64,000 bases of DNA. Source: Camelus ferus. Taxonomy: Eukaryota. The notes under the pieces are model-generated. The model did not search any database and was not told the DNA's origin. It saw only the letters and a list, made by a program, of their open reading frames with translations. The stretch covers positions 96,660,001 to 96,724,000 of the forward strand of contig NC_045696.1 in assembly GCF_009834535.1 (NCBI RefSeq), read 5' to 3'. The first letter of the stretch is position 1. Each line of letters opens with the position of its first letter. Below, in pieces: positions 29,461 through 44,409 of this stretch. The translations under genes were made by a program, and so were the position numbers.

Positions 29461-31655
29461 AGTGCCTCTTTGGCCATATGTATGTCACAAATTCTAATAT
29501 GTAATGCTTTCATTTTTTCCCCCTAGTTTATAGTTTCTATTTTGATTTCTTCAACTCAGTAGTTATCAAATTTTCAAATAGTTTCTTAAAGTTTACTACC
29601 CCCTTTCTTGTTAATTTCTAAATGGTCAAGGAATATAGCTTACAATTTTTTCTGCTATTTAAAATGTATTCATTTTTTCTTGGTGGTTGATGACATAATC
29701 TATGACTGCTCCATGTATATTTGACCCTCCAAAAGGTGTATTATTTTTTGGCACAAAATTGTGTATGTCTAATTGTTCTATTCACACTTCTCTCTCTATT
29801 CTTTTTGTCTTGTTGGTTTATTTCTGAGAGATGTGTAAAAGCCTCCCAACATGATGGTGAATCTGTTCATGTTTCCTACTATTTCTATCAGGTTTTGCTT
29901 TATATGTCTTGAAGCTCTGTGGTTAGAAAATTAAAGGGGTCGACTGTGTTCGTGGTGAGGTACAGCCCTCATCCCTGGGCCAGCTCACTTAGCTGCCCTG
30001 CAGCTGAGCCCACTACATGACTCTGTGTCTCAGAGAGTTTTGTTATTCTGAAAAAATTTTAGTATCATCAGTATTATTTCCAATTTCCCTTTAAAATAAT
30101 GGTCTTTGCCTTAAATGCTATTTCCTATGATGTAAAATTGCCACACATGCTCTCTTCCAGTTAGCATTGGCTTTGTACATTTTTTTCATCCTTTGATTTT
30201 CAACCGTTTTATGTAGCTTTGATTTAGATGTGTCTCTGGCAAACAGCATATAACTGGATTTTGTTGCTTTCCTCAACCTGACAGACTCAATCTTTTAATA
30301 TGTTGTGTTTTAATGGTTATTCTAACATTGTTAACATATCTTTTTTTCTGTATGCATAGAGCTAAGATCTGAATCCTCCAGGTATGTCTTTTCCTTGACA
30401 ACAATTCTCTCAAATCCGTAGGAAAATAATAACACTATATATATATATATATTCTAAGACCTTTCTCTGGCTACTAACTCTGTTTCTTTGAGTATTAGTA
30501 CCTCTGATAGATAAACCTGGTGCCTCTCGTTGGGCATCCCCATTCTCCCACATTCTGCCAGCTGTGGAGAGTGGTACGGGCCATTGAGGGGTGGAAGGCG
30601 AGCCCCAGCAGCCAGCCTCAGCCTGGGGGCACCGTGGCTCACACAGAGGGCAGGGCAAGGGCTGCCTCCCACCCGACCATCCTCAGGTCTTCCTTAGGGC
30701 CCCTCCTCCTTCCACTGCTGTTGACTTTGAGCTCAGAACGTGTGTGCTTTCTCTCTCTATGGATGTGGTCCCAGCTGCTTCTCAATTTTCAGGAATTCCT
30801 TAAGATTACTCCTGTTGATGAGTATCTTGCCTATTTTCTAGAACTATTATCGATGTACTCTCTAAAAACACTTTCTGCCATTTTATGGGATTTGGGATTG
30901 AGGGAAAACTAAAAATGGTGATCCATTTTCAGTACTCAGCCATCTCATCCTCCTCTCCCCACCTCCTCCCTCCCTCCCATCCTCCCTCCCTTCTTTCCAA
31001 TGTGGGGAGAGATGAAAATGCAGGAAGATACTGCAAATTCTTGGATCTCTGGCAGGTAAGTGATCACTCTGCTTGCAGGAGGTAGTAGTTGGGTTTGCAT
31101 TTAGCCCGCCCCACTGAGGCTACGTGCCCCAGTGAGACTGGTCCTGAAGCCCCAGCCTGGAAACACCTCCGGCTAACAGACCTTCACCTTCCTGCAGCTG
31201 CAACGGGACAGCATCGGCCTGAATCACCGAAGGCTGTGAGGGAGTGGGGAGAGCAGAGGACAAGGAAGGGTCTTGGGGAGGTTAATGTGGACCTGCCTCC
31301 TGGAAGAAGGGGCACATTTTAGGAGGAAGAACGGTGTTTTAGTCCTTTTGGTCCTTCTGAAAAGCCCAGCTCAGGTGCTAGCCTCTCTGGGGAAGGCTGC
31401 CCCTCAGGGCCTTCCCAGCTCCAGGCCAACACGCACCGTGCTGTCCACATTGGGCCTTTCCCAGAGACCTGCCTGCAGCATCTCTGTGTTCCCGTCATAT
31501 GCTGCTAAATGACGTGAACAAACTACACATTTGAAAGAAATTATCCAAATTCTTTTTGGTCTGGCCTGTCCTAGTCTCTCGGATCTCCACAGCATTTCAG
31601 CTCATACCCATTCAGGTTTGAATTTCCAGTACTGCCCCTGTTTATAGATAATTAG

Positions 31656-32045
<390 letters not shown>

Positions 32046-34419
32046 CTAAGAATAATGGTGCTTTCATTTGTTTTGTCGAGTTTTTCTCGGAGCAGGGGGT
32101 GTGGGGGGCGGGTTTCAAGTAAAGTGTATATGACTAGGAAATACCAAGAAATGTGCTGTATTACAAATTTAGAGCACATCCCAAGTCCTCACTGGTTTGC
32201 ATTCTTAGTTGGAAAATGAAACAACTCACTTTCGGGGCAGCAGAGAACGAGCAAGTGAGCAGAAGTGTCCCCATCGGCCAGAGTTCCGTCAGGAAAACAG
32301 ACAGCGGAAGGTACCAGGTGCTTCCACCCAAAGGCTGGGGAAGTGAAGGTCAAGGAACACCCCTGCTGGCTTCCAGGAAAACTGGAAGTGAGGGAATCTC
32401 AGGAAGCCACGAAGGGCCATCAAGGGAGACAGTGGCAGGAGCTCCTCAGAGGAGCGGCAGCCTCACATTTCAGTGCAGGCAACAAACAAACGACTGCATC
32501 CCTGAACGTCCACCTTCCCGCTGCTGGTGGACGACGGCTGCTGCTCCTCTCTACCTCCCAAACCTCAGGCAGGTGCCTCTCCCTGGGGAATCATAACAGG
32601 CTCCCACTGGGAAAGGATTATGGGACAGTATGTGTTTCCCCTTCCCAGGGGTGGGAGGAGGGATGCTGCTGAATTTGCAATGACAGCCCAGCACAGCATC
32701 CTCTGCTCAATGATAACGTTGCCTTAGAGCACAAGGAGTTGAGAGGTGGACGTGGAGAACCCTAAAGACGTCCTTGAAGCACCACACCCTGCCCTCTCTT
32801 GAGCCTCCCCAACTTCTCGGCTCCCTGTTCTCTAGAAGAGAGAGAAATGTAGTTGGAGGGGCCATCCCTTAAAGTGAGTAACAAACTTGGTGCCAGTGTG
32901 TAGCAAGAGGGATTATGCCCATCCACCGGTGATTCACCAGTCAGTGCAAGGTGCTAAATCATGTTGTTTTCCCACTAAAAGCCTGCTGAGGAAGTGCGGG
33001 GAAGGGACCGGACAGCGCGGCTAAGCCTGGGGTATCCCACCCATGGAGGGCTGAGCCCCAGGCAGCAGGAAGGAGCTAAGCTACTGGGAGACAGGAGGCT
33101 GGTTCTTGGTACTAATCCAGTCACCACCTTTTTTAAAATTTTAAGCTGCCTTTGATTAGCTTACTTTTTAGGAACTGTTCTAACACTGAGGATTCGACTG
33201 CCTTATTTTGTCATTTCCACTCTTGCTAATCTCCACTGCTGTCTTTGTTTAAAAAACAAAAAGGTTCTTAGATTCCTATCTTGATCAGTGCTAGGTCGCT
33301 CTCTTTGCCTTTTGCCTCTTCCTTTTCATTGACAAGTGAGATTTTATTTTTCTATCAGGTGAAGGAAATATCTAATTAGTTGAGCTAATATGTTTCAGTA
33401 CAGCTCTAAGCAAACAGCATACTTCAGGACAAGTAACAGTCACAACAATCACATCATTAAAAACTATTTTGGGGGTGCTGGACCCGTGGTAGATACTGGA
33501 TAAGGCCTTGATTAACTGGAGATTGGCAGGATAATGAGACATCTTTTACCAATGTTGCTTAAAGTTTAACAACAGAATGTTATTTAAAATTATCTTAATG
33601 ATTATTATGTATAATAAGAGAATTTATGTTGCTTCTTTAAAAATGTATTAAAAATTAAAGTGTTTTCAAGTGAAAAACATTAATATCCATAACTATCTAT
33701 TAGGGTTATATTTCAAGGCAGTTATATTTATTTAAGAGATTCAGTTAAAAATGACAATAATAATAAATCTTTTTTTGAGTATCTATATATACCAAAACTG
33801 CATTGGAATATGTCATAGATTTTATATATCTGCATTTCCACATGCCTGTTTCAGGTAGTATCAGTTTTGAATAATCTACTCTGTTAATTTAGGGGGTTCC
33901 CCCCCATTTTTCACAAAAACTGCTTCAAAAAAAATTGAACTCTTCAAGCCATAAAGCTGTCATATAGCAATATTGCATAAATTGACAGAGAAGAAAACGT
34001 TAAATGTGTAGGTTTTTCCTGATGAAAATGTTGAAGAAGTTACTGATGTACTTAGAGCCTAGAGTAGTACTACAAATCCTCGTCTCTGATTCCTCATCTC
34101 AGCAACACGACCTTCATTTCTGTTTATGCATATTTTAAATGTTATGTATACACTTCTGGACAGATAAAACGGTCACCTCTGAGAAGGTACATGTCTGCAC
34201 TTCACAGTAACTGATGAGTAAAGAAATGAAAACCTTTTGCTCCAGGTGAAGCTGGCAGCAAAGTGAGCCGGCAAAGCCTTGCGGGGTTGAGACGTGAGAG
34301 GCACGTCCAGCATGTGGGCCTGCGCGCAGCTCCAATGGTGCACGAGCAGGAAACACTTTTCCTGCTAACAAAAGCCATACCGACTCATTGTAGAAATGCT
34401 GGAAGATTACAGAAAAGCA

Positions 34420-34679
34420 CAGTTGCCCCTTGAACAACATCCTCCGCACACTAAAAACAAAAACAAACCCCCCTGCAAATCATTTAGAGTCATCCGTTCC
34501 TACCTGCTGTTCCTGGGCATCCGCCATTCCTCCGTAGCCACGGTTCCTCTGTATCCGCAGTTCCGCATCCGCGGATTCAACACGCTGGGGATCGCGTAGC
34601 CTGTGGTACTATGGTTGAAAAAAAATCCTAGTACAGGCGGATCTGCGCAGCTCAAACCCCTGTTCTCAAGGGTCAACTG
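34420..34679. mobile_element. TcMar-Tigger non-autonomous element (MER8/Tigger2-like)
   Basis: Terminal inverted repeats cagttgccccttgaacaaca ... tgttctcaagggtcaactg; internal ccgcatccgcggattcaac. Confidence 0.8.
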
Positions 34680-37299
34680 TGTAAAGTATAAAGATTTTAT
34701 TTTACTTAAGTATAACTGACCTGCAACACTGTTAGTTCCAGGTGCACTATTTACGATTCGGTATTTCTGTGCATTACAAAGTGATCACAACTGAAGCATA
34801 ATGATTTTAAAAGCATTCGTAATTTCACAGATGGAGACAGCCATTTCTAATATTGTGCCTTCTTTCCAGTCCTTTTTCTATATTTGTGTATGGTTGTGGT
34901 TTTGGAAAAAACAACAAAAAACCTTTCAAGCAGGGGAAGAGGGTAATTAGTCATTGCCAATAAGAATTTTGAAACACAGGAAGAAAACTGAATTTCTACT
35001 CCCCAAAGAAAGCTGTAGAAAATTAAACTAAATTAGAGAGCTACAAAATAAGCTAAGTAAATGCACCGTATTTGTTCGTAAAGTGGAAACAAGTCTCTCA
35101 TGGAAATGTTGGTATTTCCGTTTTTACTGGTAAATTTACTACCAGTTTATTAAAAATGAGTGAATGAATAAATAAAGCAAAAGCTTTTATTAGAGTCTAA
35201 GTTGTTTTAATAGATGTATCTAAATAAAAGTGGTAACGTTTGGGATGCCAATCACATCGAGAAGCAAATATACTTTAATAGTAATTTATTAAAAACATGG
35301 AAATGCATTTTTTCCCCAACTATGTTAGAAAATACACAAAGGGTAATTTAAAAAAAGATTTTACTTCAAGTTATTTGTCCTGATGATTCTGTTGTCTCCT
35401 ATTCCTGGAAGACAACAAATGTCATGGATTTTGTTTAGGCTCCAACTCATTCCAGAAACAATGTAAGGAATCTTTTAGGCATATAGCCAATATAGAAAAA
35501 GAAAGTACTTTTAAAACAGGTGAATATAGTTGAGGTAATAAGCAAATAATATGAAATGAGGAGTAAAATTTTTTCCAAAAAGCATCACTTTGACAAAGCC
35601 TAAATCCCCTCACTAAAGTTGGCCTGAGACAACCTATAATGAAAAGATAACCAACAAGCTAGTGGATCTTCCTTAAATTATATGTTTCCTTGGAGGGAGT
35701 GCTCTGTGTCAGTTTTTCCTCCATGACACAGAGTGAAATCCAGGAATTAGGAATACCTTGGTTTGAGCCAATCTGAAAAATCAAAAGCAGATGATAAAAA
35801 GGCTTATGCATGTCCAGAGCCAGGAAGAGACCCACAGAAGTTTCTCTGTCACACCTTGTGGTGACCCAACACTGAATAATGCACAGAGGAGTCTAGGAGG
35901 AAACAACTCCTCTGTTCGCCTCCACTTTTTGCATGCTTGCTCCATAGTACTGGGAAATGAAAGCGACAGTGTAACATCCATCCAGACTCTTCAGAGATGA
36001 TGCCCTATCAAGTCATTTTTCAGATAACACAGAGGCTTCTCCTGTGTCAAATTATTAAGCAAAGTAACAACACTCTGGAAAAGTAATCAGCCTCTGGTTT
36101 TCTTGTTTACATGAAAACATATTAGCACCTGACGAATGTTAAATGAATGAATGAATGACATGAAATCTCTACCAGGGATGATATACAAGGCCAGGGAGCA
36201 AAATTCTCAGTGTCCCTCCGCTGTTCTATTGGTGCTTGATGGCTGAGTTTGAAAATAGACTAAAATTGACTCAATTCAAAGTCTAGATCCCACTTCAATC
36301 AGTTTGTGGAAAACCTGGTTTTCTTGAGCTGAGCTGCCACAGATTACAAACTTCTATCAAAAACGCAGCTGGCACGCTCCAAATTGAATGTGTTAATAAA
36401 CCAAGTTTTCATTCCAGATCTAGAGTTCACTCCATTCATTCTTTTGCTCATCTGTTTAATAAACATTTATTCAGTGCCTACTTTGTGCCAAGCACTAGTG
36501 ATGAAAAGCTAAAAATCACAGTTCCCTATCCTCAGAGAAAAGGAGACACAAAAAGAAACCATGACCAGTGAGGTAAACGCAGAGGTAGAAAGAAGTACAG
36601 GCAGCACCAAAAATAGAGCACCTATCCCAGCCCAGGAGCCAGATGTCATGTGGGGTGAGGGGAGGAGGCGGAGTCACAAAAGTGAGCAAGTCAACTGACC
36701 AAGCTCAGAATAATCACAGGATTTCCCCCTAAAAGCAACTAGTAATCCTTGAGTAGGTCCACGGGCTGCAGGAATCACAGGTGATTCAAATGAAGCCCAA
36801 AAGTCACAGGTGCCCAGATGATGAGTAAATGAATATACGCTCAGCCCCTTTAAGGAGCTTTCCACACCATCAGATTAGCAAGAACGGACCAGAGATGACT
36901 TGAGCAAATCCTACCCCTAAGCAAGCACTTACAGAAGCCACAGTGACCTCCAGAAGCATGGAGAAAGAGGGGCAGGGGTCACAGGTTTCACTCCAGGCAT
37001 TGAAGAAGGTAGAGGGGCTCCTATCCAAAGAGAAAGATTCAGTGTGGATGGAATTAGTACATGAGATCTTGGGACATCTCAGAAGGGAACAGACAGCATT
37101 GCACAGAGCACCTATTCAGAATACTCTCCAGGTCCTCAACGTTCACCTGCTTCTATAGCGCATCAGTGGGACGGTGAACATCAGAGAAGTGACAGGAAAG
37201 GGTAACAAGTTTGCCGAGTAGAGAAAGCATCCAGGTGTACATTCATTCATTCAATAAAAATTTGGCACATGGCAGCCATTATACATGGGGATAGCCCCG

Positions 37300-37641
37300 T
37301 GGGGTTTATATCCCAGTGAGAAAAACCTCAATAGCGTTGGGAGACCAGAAGGGAGAGTTCTCACACCCTGCAACATAGCAGAGCCCAACAAGGAGACTTC
37401 TTTCCTGGCAAGGACTCAGCCACTGAAAAGCCATGGACTCTTTATTTATTATACCCTCCCAACCTTTCCCTCTCTATAAAAAAGTTCTCCTTCCCTTGCA
37501 TGTATGAGGTGGGCTGGGGGGGGGGGTGCTTGCACATGGCTCACTACATTTGCAGACCCTGAACTGCAATTATTCACTGATCCCAAATAAACCAATCTTT
37601 CCTGGAGAAATATCTGGCAGTCTATTTATTTCAGGTCAACA
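37300..37641 (+). mobile_element. ERV-type solo LTR (5' boundary uncertain)
   Basis: TATA-like ctataaaaaag, AATAAA near 37586, terminal ...ggtcaaca. Confidence 0.55.
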
Positions 37642-40409
37642 TCTGTAATGCACACAGGTAATATTTATTTATCTAAAAATATGCACTATATTTTCCTGTG
37701 TTCATATTACCTGGCTTCTTTTCTAAATGCCCAAATCAGGCAGTAATACTATATACTTCCAAGCTTTGACAATTCATTCACTGTAGCATTCCACAAAGAT
37801 GGAAAAACCTAACCCAATCCCCAATTCCACAAAATTAAATGATGTTTTATGAATGCTTGTGCGACCAAAAGGTGATATGATGCTTTTCCATTAATTCTAT
37901 AGCAAAATAAGAGCCAGGAGACAGGAGAAAATAATCCTCCTACAGATGCATATATTGCTTGCAGTTTAAATCTCACATCACCAGCAAATTTCCAATGACA
38001 CTAAGACTGAAAGATGGTTAAGTGACTTCTCAGGTCTCACAGCTAATCAGGCAGTTAGAAAGTGAGCCCAGGTCTTCAGACCCCCTCCAGTGTCCTCCTC
38101 TCTGTTCCTCCCCTGTGTGCTCTCTGCCCAGGGCCAGAGCCTGGAGGGTAGCGTGTTGAAGGAGAAGCCATCAGTTAGACAATCCAGGACCATGGCCTAG
38201 CGCTCCACCAGCCAGCTGTGTGCCTTTGGGCTACTTACCTCCAGGAGCCTCAGTTCTCTCAGCTTGAAACTAAAAAAGAATATCAACTTCCCACGGTTGT
38301 AGTGGCCACTACAGAGAATGTATATTCAGCCCACCGCCTGCAGAAAGCTGTGCTCGCTGGTGGGAACCACTGGGACTATTATAGGAACCTCCCAGTCCTT
38401 CTGACCAAACCAGGGAACAAATTCACCTTCCTTCTGTGGATTAATAGAATTAGAAATAGATTCTAGAGTAAGGTTAGCTAATTAGGTTAAAAATTAACAG
38501 GAACTGGAAACTGATGCCAGAATAGAATGACTTAATTATTGCTATGAAATAAGCTATACTGATAAGGATCAACAATAGCAGAAGTAACTCTGTACTACAC
38601 AAACATATTTGTTTCTTCTTCCTGGACAGAGAATGGATAGAAAGTGCTTACACAAAATACATTCACACAATTTCCATAAGCACACATTTTTTTGCAGTGT
38701 TTACTATTTATCAGTCCTAAAACAGATGAATTTGTAAAGTATACATAAATTTCTGCTTTATGAAACTACAAAGACAAGGTTTAAAATAGACTACATTCTA
38801 TTGAATGGACCTTGGCCTTCCAGAAGGAAACAAAGCAATCCATCTAGACCAGCGATCGTCACTTTTCCTTTCTCCAGCCCTCAAAAAAATGTTAATGCAT
38901 GTTCTCCCTTGCACATTTTTCTGTTGACATCCATGACTCATCCAAAGTTTAAGCAGTTGCAAAGAATCTAGTTTCCAATGTATTGTAAATCTTGACATTT
39001 TGAAATAACACACTACTTTCTTAAATGAATCCAATGGAATCTAAATACCATGGCAATACGATACCTGCAATTATCTCTTAAAAAAAAATCTGAACTCTTT
39101 TTAATGTTCCTCTTCTTCTTCTTGAAGTTACACTTTTACCCTACTTCCTTCAAAGAAGTTTATTGGACTGTGATACATTTTTATGCTTGAAGATCTGTAA
39201 CTGATCATCTGCTCATACTTCTTGACCACGACAGTATATATTTATCTTTAAAATTTTTAAATTTTATTTCCTGTGGCCTTAAGGTTTCAAGTGTTCAAAA
39301 AAGTCATTTTGATTGAGTTAACATTACAATCACTAGTAGCACATAATTGATCAAAACAACAGGACAAATTTTGATAAGCGGAAAGTAAAATTTTAGTGGA
39401 AAACCCCTTGACAGTGATCTTCAAATTGGTGGTTGTCAATTACTGCCCAGGCCCCAACCACTAGGACCTAAGGTGAAAGAGGAAAAATTTTCCTCCCAAG
39501 TGTCTGCGTATGTGCATAATGGTATTTGTTTCATGATCAAAAACCACCTCCATTTTGCACCTCATATGGTGGGGAAGTTGGACAAAGTATATTTCAGGCA
39601 TCAACTCTATCCTGGATATTCAGCTAAAGCTGATCCCCTGGAGAACCCTTCACCTCTGGGTGTCCTTATACCTCCAGTTTAAAGATCACTATGCTCTCCA
39701 CTTTGGTATATATGTTAAAGTGTTCACGTAATAAGTGAAAAACCCACAATGTGCATATAAAATACAAATATATTTTATATTTACATACACATACATTTAT
39801 TTTATATTTATACACACATACACACACACACACTCAGATGGCCTGGTTCCACCCTCTGATTCTAAATTTACACTGGGCTGGGATGGAGATAGCTTCAGTA
39901 GTTTTTCAGAGTTCCCCAGCTGATTCTAAAGTGCAGTTGAGACTGATAATGGCTGGATGAGGGCTAAAAAGAAAAGAGGAAAAAAATCCCCTAAAAGCAT
40001 CATAATCAGCACAGACTCCCACCTACAGTGAGACCACAGTGCATTGTGGGCACTGTCAGCGGGGCCTGTTGTTTTTTGTTTTTTCCTTTTGTGCTGGAAG
40101 GGGAAACCATCACCTCCACCATGAAGAACTCTAGGACATGTTACTGTCTGGGAATTTGGGCACAGGGAAAGGGTTCTTCCTGGTAAAGCATAGTGCTCAT
40201 GCAGAGATCAAACGGACAGTCTTCAGACTTACAGGAAACATGCTTTTTTTTTTTTAACCCAAGTTTTAAAAGCAGTTCAATGCATCCATTTTTGTGTAGT
40301 GTCATTATCTTCTGCACTGCAGGGCATCCTCTTCCTCAGTAAGCAATGTGTCTTGTTTTCCTCTGACTGCTTTGTAAGATTTTTCTCTTTATGACTGGTT
40401 TTCAGCAGA

Positions 40410-41653
40410 CAGGAAAACAATAGAAAAAAAAAATCAATGAAACCAAAAGTTGTTTCTTTGAAAAGATCAACAAAATTGACAAGACTTTAGCTAGACTGGC
40501 CAAGGGAAAAAAGAAAAAACCTCAACTATCTTAAAATAGGAAAAAAGAGGGGACATTTATATAACTTACAGAAATGAAAAGGATTATTAGGGAATACTAT
40601 GAACAACTGTATGCTAACAAATTACGGACTTAAATGAAATGTACAAACTGCCAAGAATACATAAAATATTGAAACTGATATAAGAAGAAATGGAAATTTT
40701 GACTCGACCTATATATAAAGAGATCAAATTAGTAATTTAAAGATTTCCACAAAAAAAAGCCCAGGCCCAGATGGCTTCATTAGTGAATTTTACCAAACAC
40801 TCAGAAAATAATTAATAGAAAATTTTCACAAATTGTTCCAAAAAATAGAAGAGGAGTGGACACTTCCCAACCCATCCTATGAGGCCAGTATTACCCTGAC
40901 ACCAAATCAAAGATAGCACTAGGAAAGAAACTAAACATCTATATTGCTTATGAATGTAGATGTAAAAATTCTCAACAAATACTAGCAAACCAAATCCAGC
41001 AACCTATAAAAAAGATTATATACCATGACCAAATGAAATTTATCCCAGGAACATGAGGTTGGTTTAACATCTGGAAATTAATTAATGTAATAGACAATAT
41101 TCCAGAATAAAGAGAGGAGGGAATATGAGGATTTAAATATATGCAGAAAAAGCAGGGAACTTCCTCATCCTGATGAAGGACATCTACAAAAACTTCACAG
41201 TTATAAGTAATATCATACTTAATGGTGAAAGACTGGATGCTTTCCACCAAGATTAGAAACATGAAAGCCACTCCCACTTAGCATTGTACTGGAGGTTCTG
41301 GTCAGGACAAAAAAAAAAAAAAAAAAAAAAAAAAGAAGAAATAAAGGGCATCTAGACAGGAAGGAAAAGAAGTAAAGCCATCTCTATTTGCAGATGGAAT
41401 GACCATAGAGAACCCTAAGTAATCCACACATACACACAAATATTAGAACCGGCAAACGAGTTCAGTTCTTGTATTATAGAATACAAGATTAATATACAAA
41501 AATAAAGTGTATTTCTAAGGAATACTACTCAGCCTAAAAAAGAATAAAATAATGCCATTTGCAGCAACTTGGATGGACCTGGAGATCATCATACTAAGTG
41601 ATGTAAGCCAGAAAGAGAAAGAAAAATACCATATCACATATATGTGGAATCTT

Positions 41654-41705
<52 letters not shown>

Positions 41706-43170
41706 TAAACTTACAAAACAGAGACAGACTCACAGATATAGAAAACAAACTTATGGTTACCAGTCGGGGAAAGGGAGTGGAGAGGGATAAGTTGGGAGTT
41801 TGAGATTTGCAGATACTAATCACTATATATAAAATAAACAACAAGGTCCTACTGTATAGCACAGGGAACTACATTAAATACCTTATAATGGCTTATAATG
41901 AAAAAGAATATGAAAAGGAATATATTCATATTTATAAATGAATCACTATCTGTACACTAGAAAAATTAACACAATATTGTAAGTTGACTATATTTCAATA
42001 AAAAATTGTATTTCTACACACTAGCAATGACCATTCTAAGAATGAAATCAAGAAAACAATTCTATTTATGATAGCATCATTAACAAAAGAAGTCAAGACT
42101 TATACACGGAAAACTACAAAACATTGTTGAAAGAAAATAAAGATGTAAATAAATGGAATTAGACCCATGTTCTTGGATCAGAGGACTTAATATTGTTTAG
42201 ATGGCAATACTATCCACACTGATCTACAGATTTAACATAATCTCTATTAAAATCTTGCCTAGCTTTTTTGCAGAAATTGACAAGCTGATCCTAAAGCTCA
42301 TAGGAAATGCAAGGGACCCAGAAAAGCCCAGACTTGAAAAAGAAGAACAAAGGAGGACCAATATATCCCTATTTCAAAACTTACTATAAAGCCACAGTAA
42401 TCAAGATAGTGTCCTCCTGGCACAGGCTAGACAAAGGATTAGAATTGAGAATCCAGACATAAACCCTTACACTTATGGTCAATTGATTTTTCCCAAAGTG
42501 ACAACACAGTTTAATGAGGAAATAAGTCTTCAACAAATGGTGCTGGGATAACTGGACTCCGCAAAAAACAAAGTTGGAGTCCTCTTTAAACTATATACAA
42601 AAATTAATGCAAAGTGGATCAAAAAACCCAACTGTAAGAACTGAAACTCTAAAACTCTTACAAGAAAACATAAGGATAAATCTTAATGACTTTGAATTAG
42701 GCAATGGTTTTTCAGAAATGATACCAAAACCAAAAGTAACAACAACAAAGATAAATCAGATTTCACCAATAAAAATTTTTGTGTATCGAAGGACACCAGT
42801 AAGAAAGTAAAAAGACAAACGTAAAAAGTAAATATTTGCAAATTATACATCTGATAAAAGTCTAGCATGCAGAATATATAAAGAACTCATAACTTAGTAA
42901 GTAACAAGACAAATAACTCAGTTAAAAATGGGCAAAAGAATAGGCGTTTGTCCAAGAAGGATATATAAATGGCCCATAAGTACATGAAAATATGCTCACC
43001 ATCACTAGCTATCAAGAAAAATTCAGATTAAAAGCCACAATGAAATACTGCTCCACAACAACTAGATTGACTATAATCAAAGTCAGATAAAATAACAAGT
43101 GCTAGTGAAGATGTAGACAAATTGGACCACTACATACTCTGCTGGTGAGAATGTAAAATGGTGCAGCTAC
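40410..43170 (+). mobile_element. Decayed L1 ORF2 region with a nested younger L1 3' end
   Basis: aaaagcccaggcccagatggcttcatt, tatgaggccagtattaccctga, MAILSTLIYRFN frame. Confidence 0.88.
41517..42005 (+). mobile_element. Nested L1 3' end with (CA)n at about 41657-41703
   Basis: [26 protein letters not shown]; tgtatttcta direct repeat on both sides. Confidence 0.85.
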
Positions 43171-44026
43171 TCTGGATTTTTCTTTCTTCAGTTTGGTTTC
43201 TTTTGCTTATGTCTTTAGGTTTACCGATCTCTTCCTGAGTGCCTAATCTTTTAAGCCCATCTTCATATAAGACATTGTATTGTTTCATTGCTAGAAGTTC
43301 CATTTGGTTCTCTTTTTATACCTCCAGTTTCTCTCATTGTTGTATTCATGTTTTTCTTTAAATATTTGAGCATATGTATAAAAACTGTTTAAAAATCTTT
43401 GCCTGCTAATCCCATCATTAGTCATTTCTGGGTGCTTCCTATTTATTGGTTTTTCTCCTGACTGTGGTTCACATTTTCCTGCCTCTATGTATATCAACTT
43501 TTTTTAATGGATTGACATAGCAAGCCCTACATTGGGGGAGTGTCAAATTTTGTTATTTCCTTCTAAGGATATAAGACTGTTCAGTGAGGCAGTTAGGTGA
43601 CTTTGGGGTTATGTCGAGCCTTGCAAGGCTTGTTATTAAGCTTTTGGGTAAACTTTACTCTGGGCTAGATTAGCCCTACTGCCAAGACCCTTCTGGGGTC
43701 TCTACTGAATGCCCTAAATGTATAACTCCCCATTCTGGCAGCTCAGAACATGAATGTTTCCCACTCCTTTTGAGCTCTGGTAATTGTTCAGCTTGCAATT
43801 CCTCATTCTTTGCGCAGTTTTATGAGGTCTCAGCAATACACTCAAGGAAACTCCGTACTATGGAAACTTCGGTGGCTGTTTTCTTGCGGAGCTCCCTCCT
43901 CTACGGTTGTCTGCCCTACAAATTCTAGCCGCCTCCTTGAACTCCAACCTGCCTTCTCAACTTGGTAACATGACGGTGCGCTTAATGGGATCCCCCTTCT
44001 GTGCACCTTAGCCTGCAAAGTACCTC

Positions 44027-44409
44027 TGTTATGGATTGAATTGTGTTCCCCTGAAATTCATATTCTGAAGGCTGAATGCTCAGTGTGACTGTATTTGGAG
44101 ACAGGGACTTTAAGGGAGGTAATTAAAGTTAAATGAGGTCATACAGGGAGAGCTCTAATCCCATAGGATTGGTGTCTTTTACAAAGAGACACCAGAGATC
44201 TCTCTCTCCATATAGGCACAGAAGATAGGTCACACAAGGATATAGTGAGGAAACAGCCATCCACAAGCCAGGAAGAGGCCTCACCAGAAACCAACATTGA
44301 CAGCACCTTGATTGTGGCCTCCTAGTCTCTAGAACTGTGAGAACATGAATTTCTGTTGTTCAAACCACCCAGTCTGTGGGATTTTGTTACGGCGGCCCAG
44401 GCTAAAATA
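44027..44409 (+). mobile_element. MLT1A/B-type ERVL-MaLR solo LTR
   Basis: tgttatggattgaattgtgttcccc...ctagaactgtgaga...ttttgttacggcggccc; TSD acctc/gcctc. Confidence 0.88.

Noticed and set aside
32153..32727. Overlapping 147, 135 and 66 aa ORFs downstream of ERICH6
   Set aside because: No recognisable domain, non-ATG starts for the main ORFs and no splice framework; consistent with chance ORFs in GC-richer DNA.
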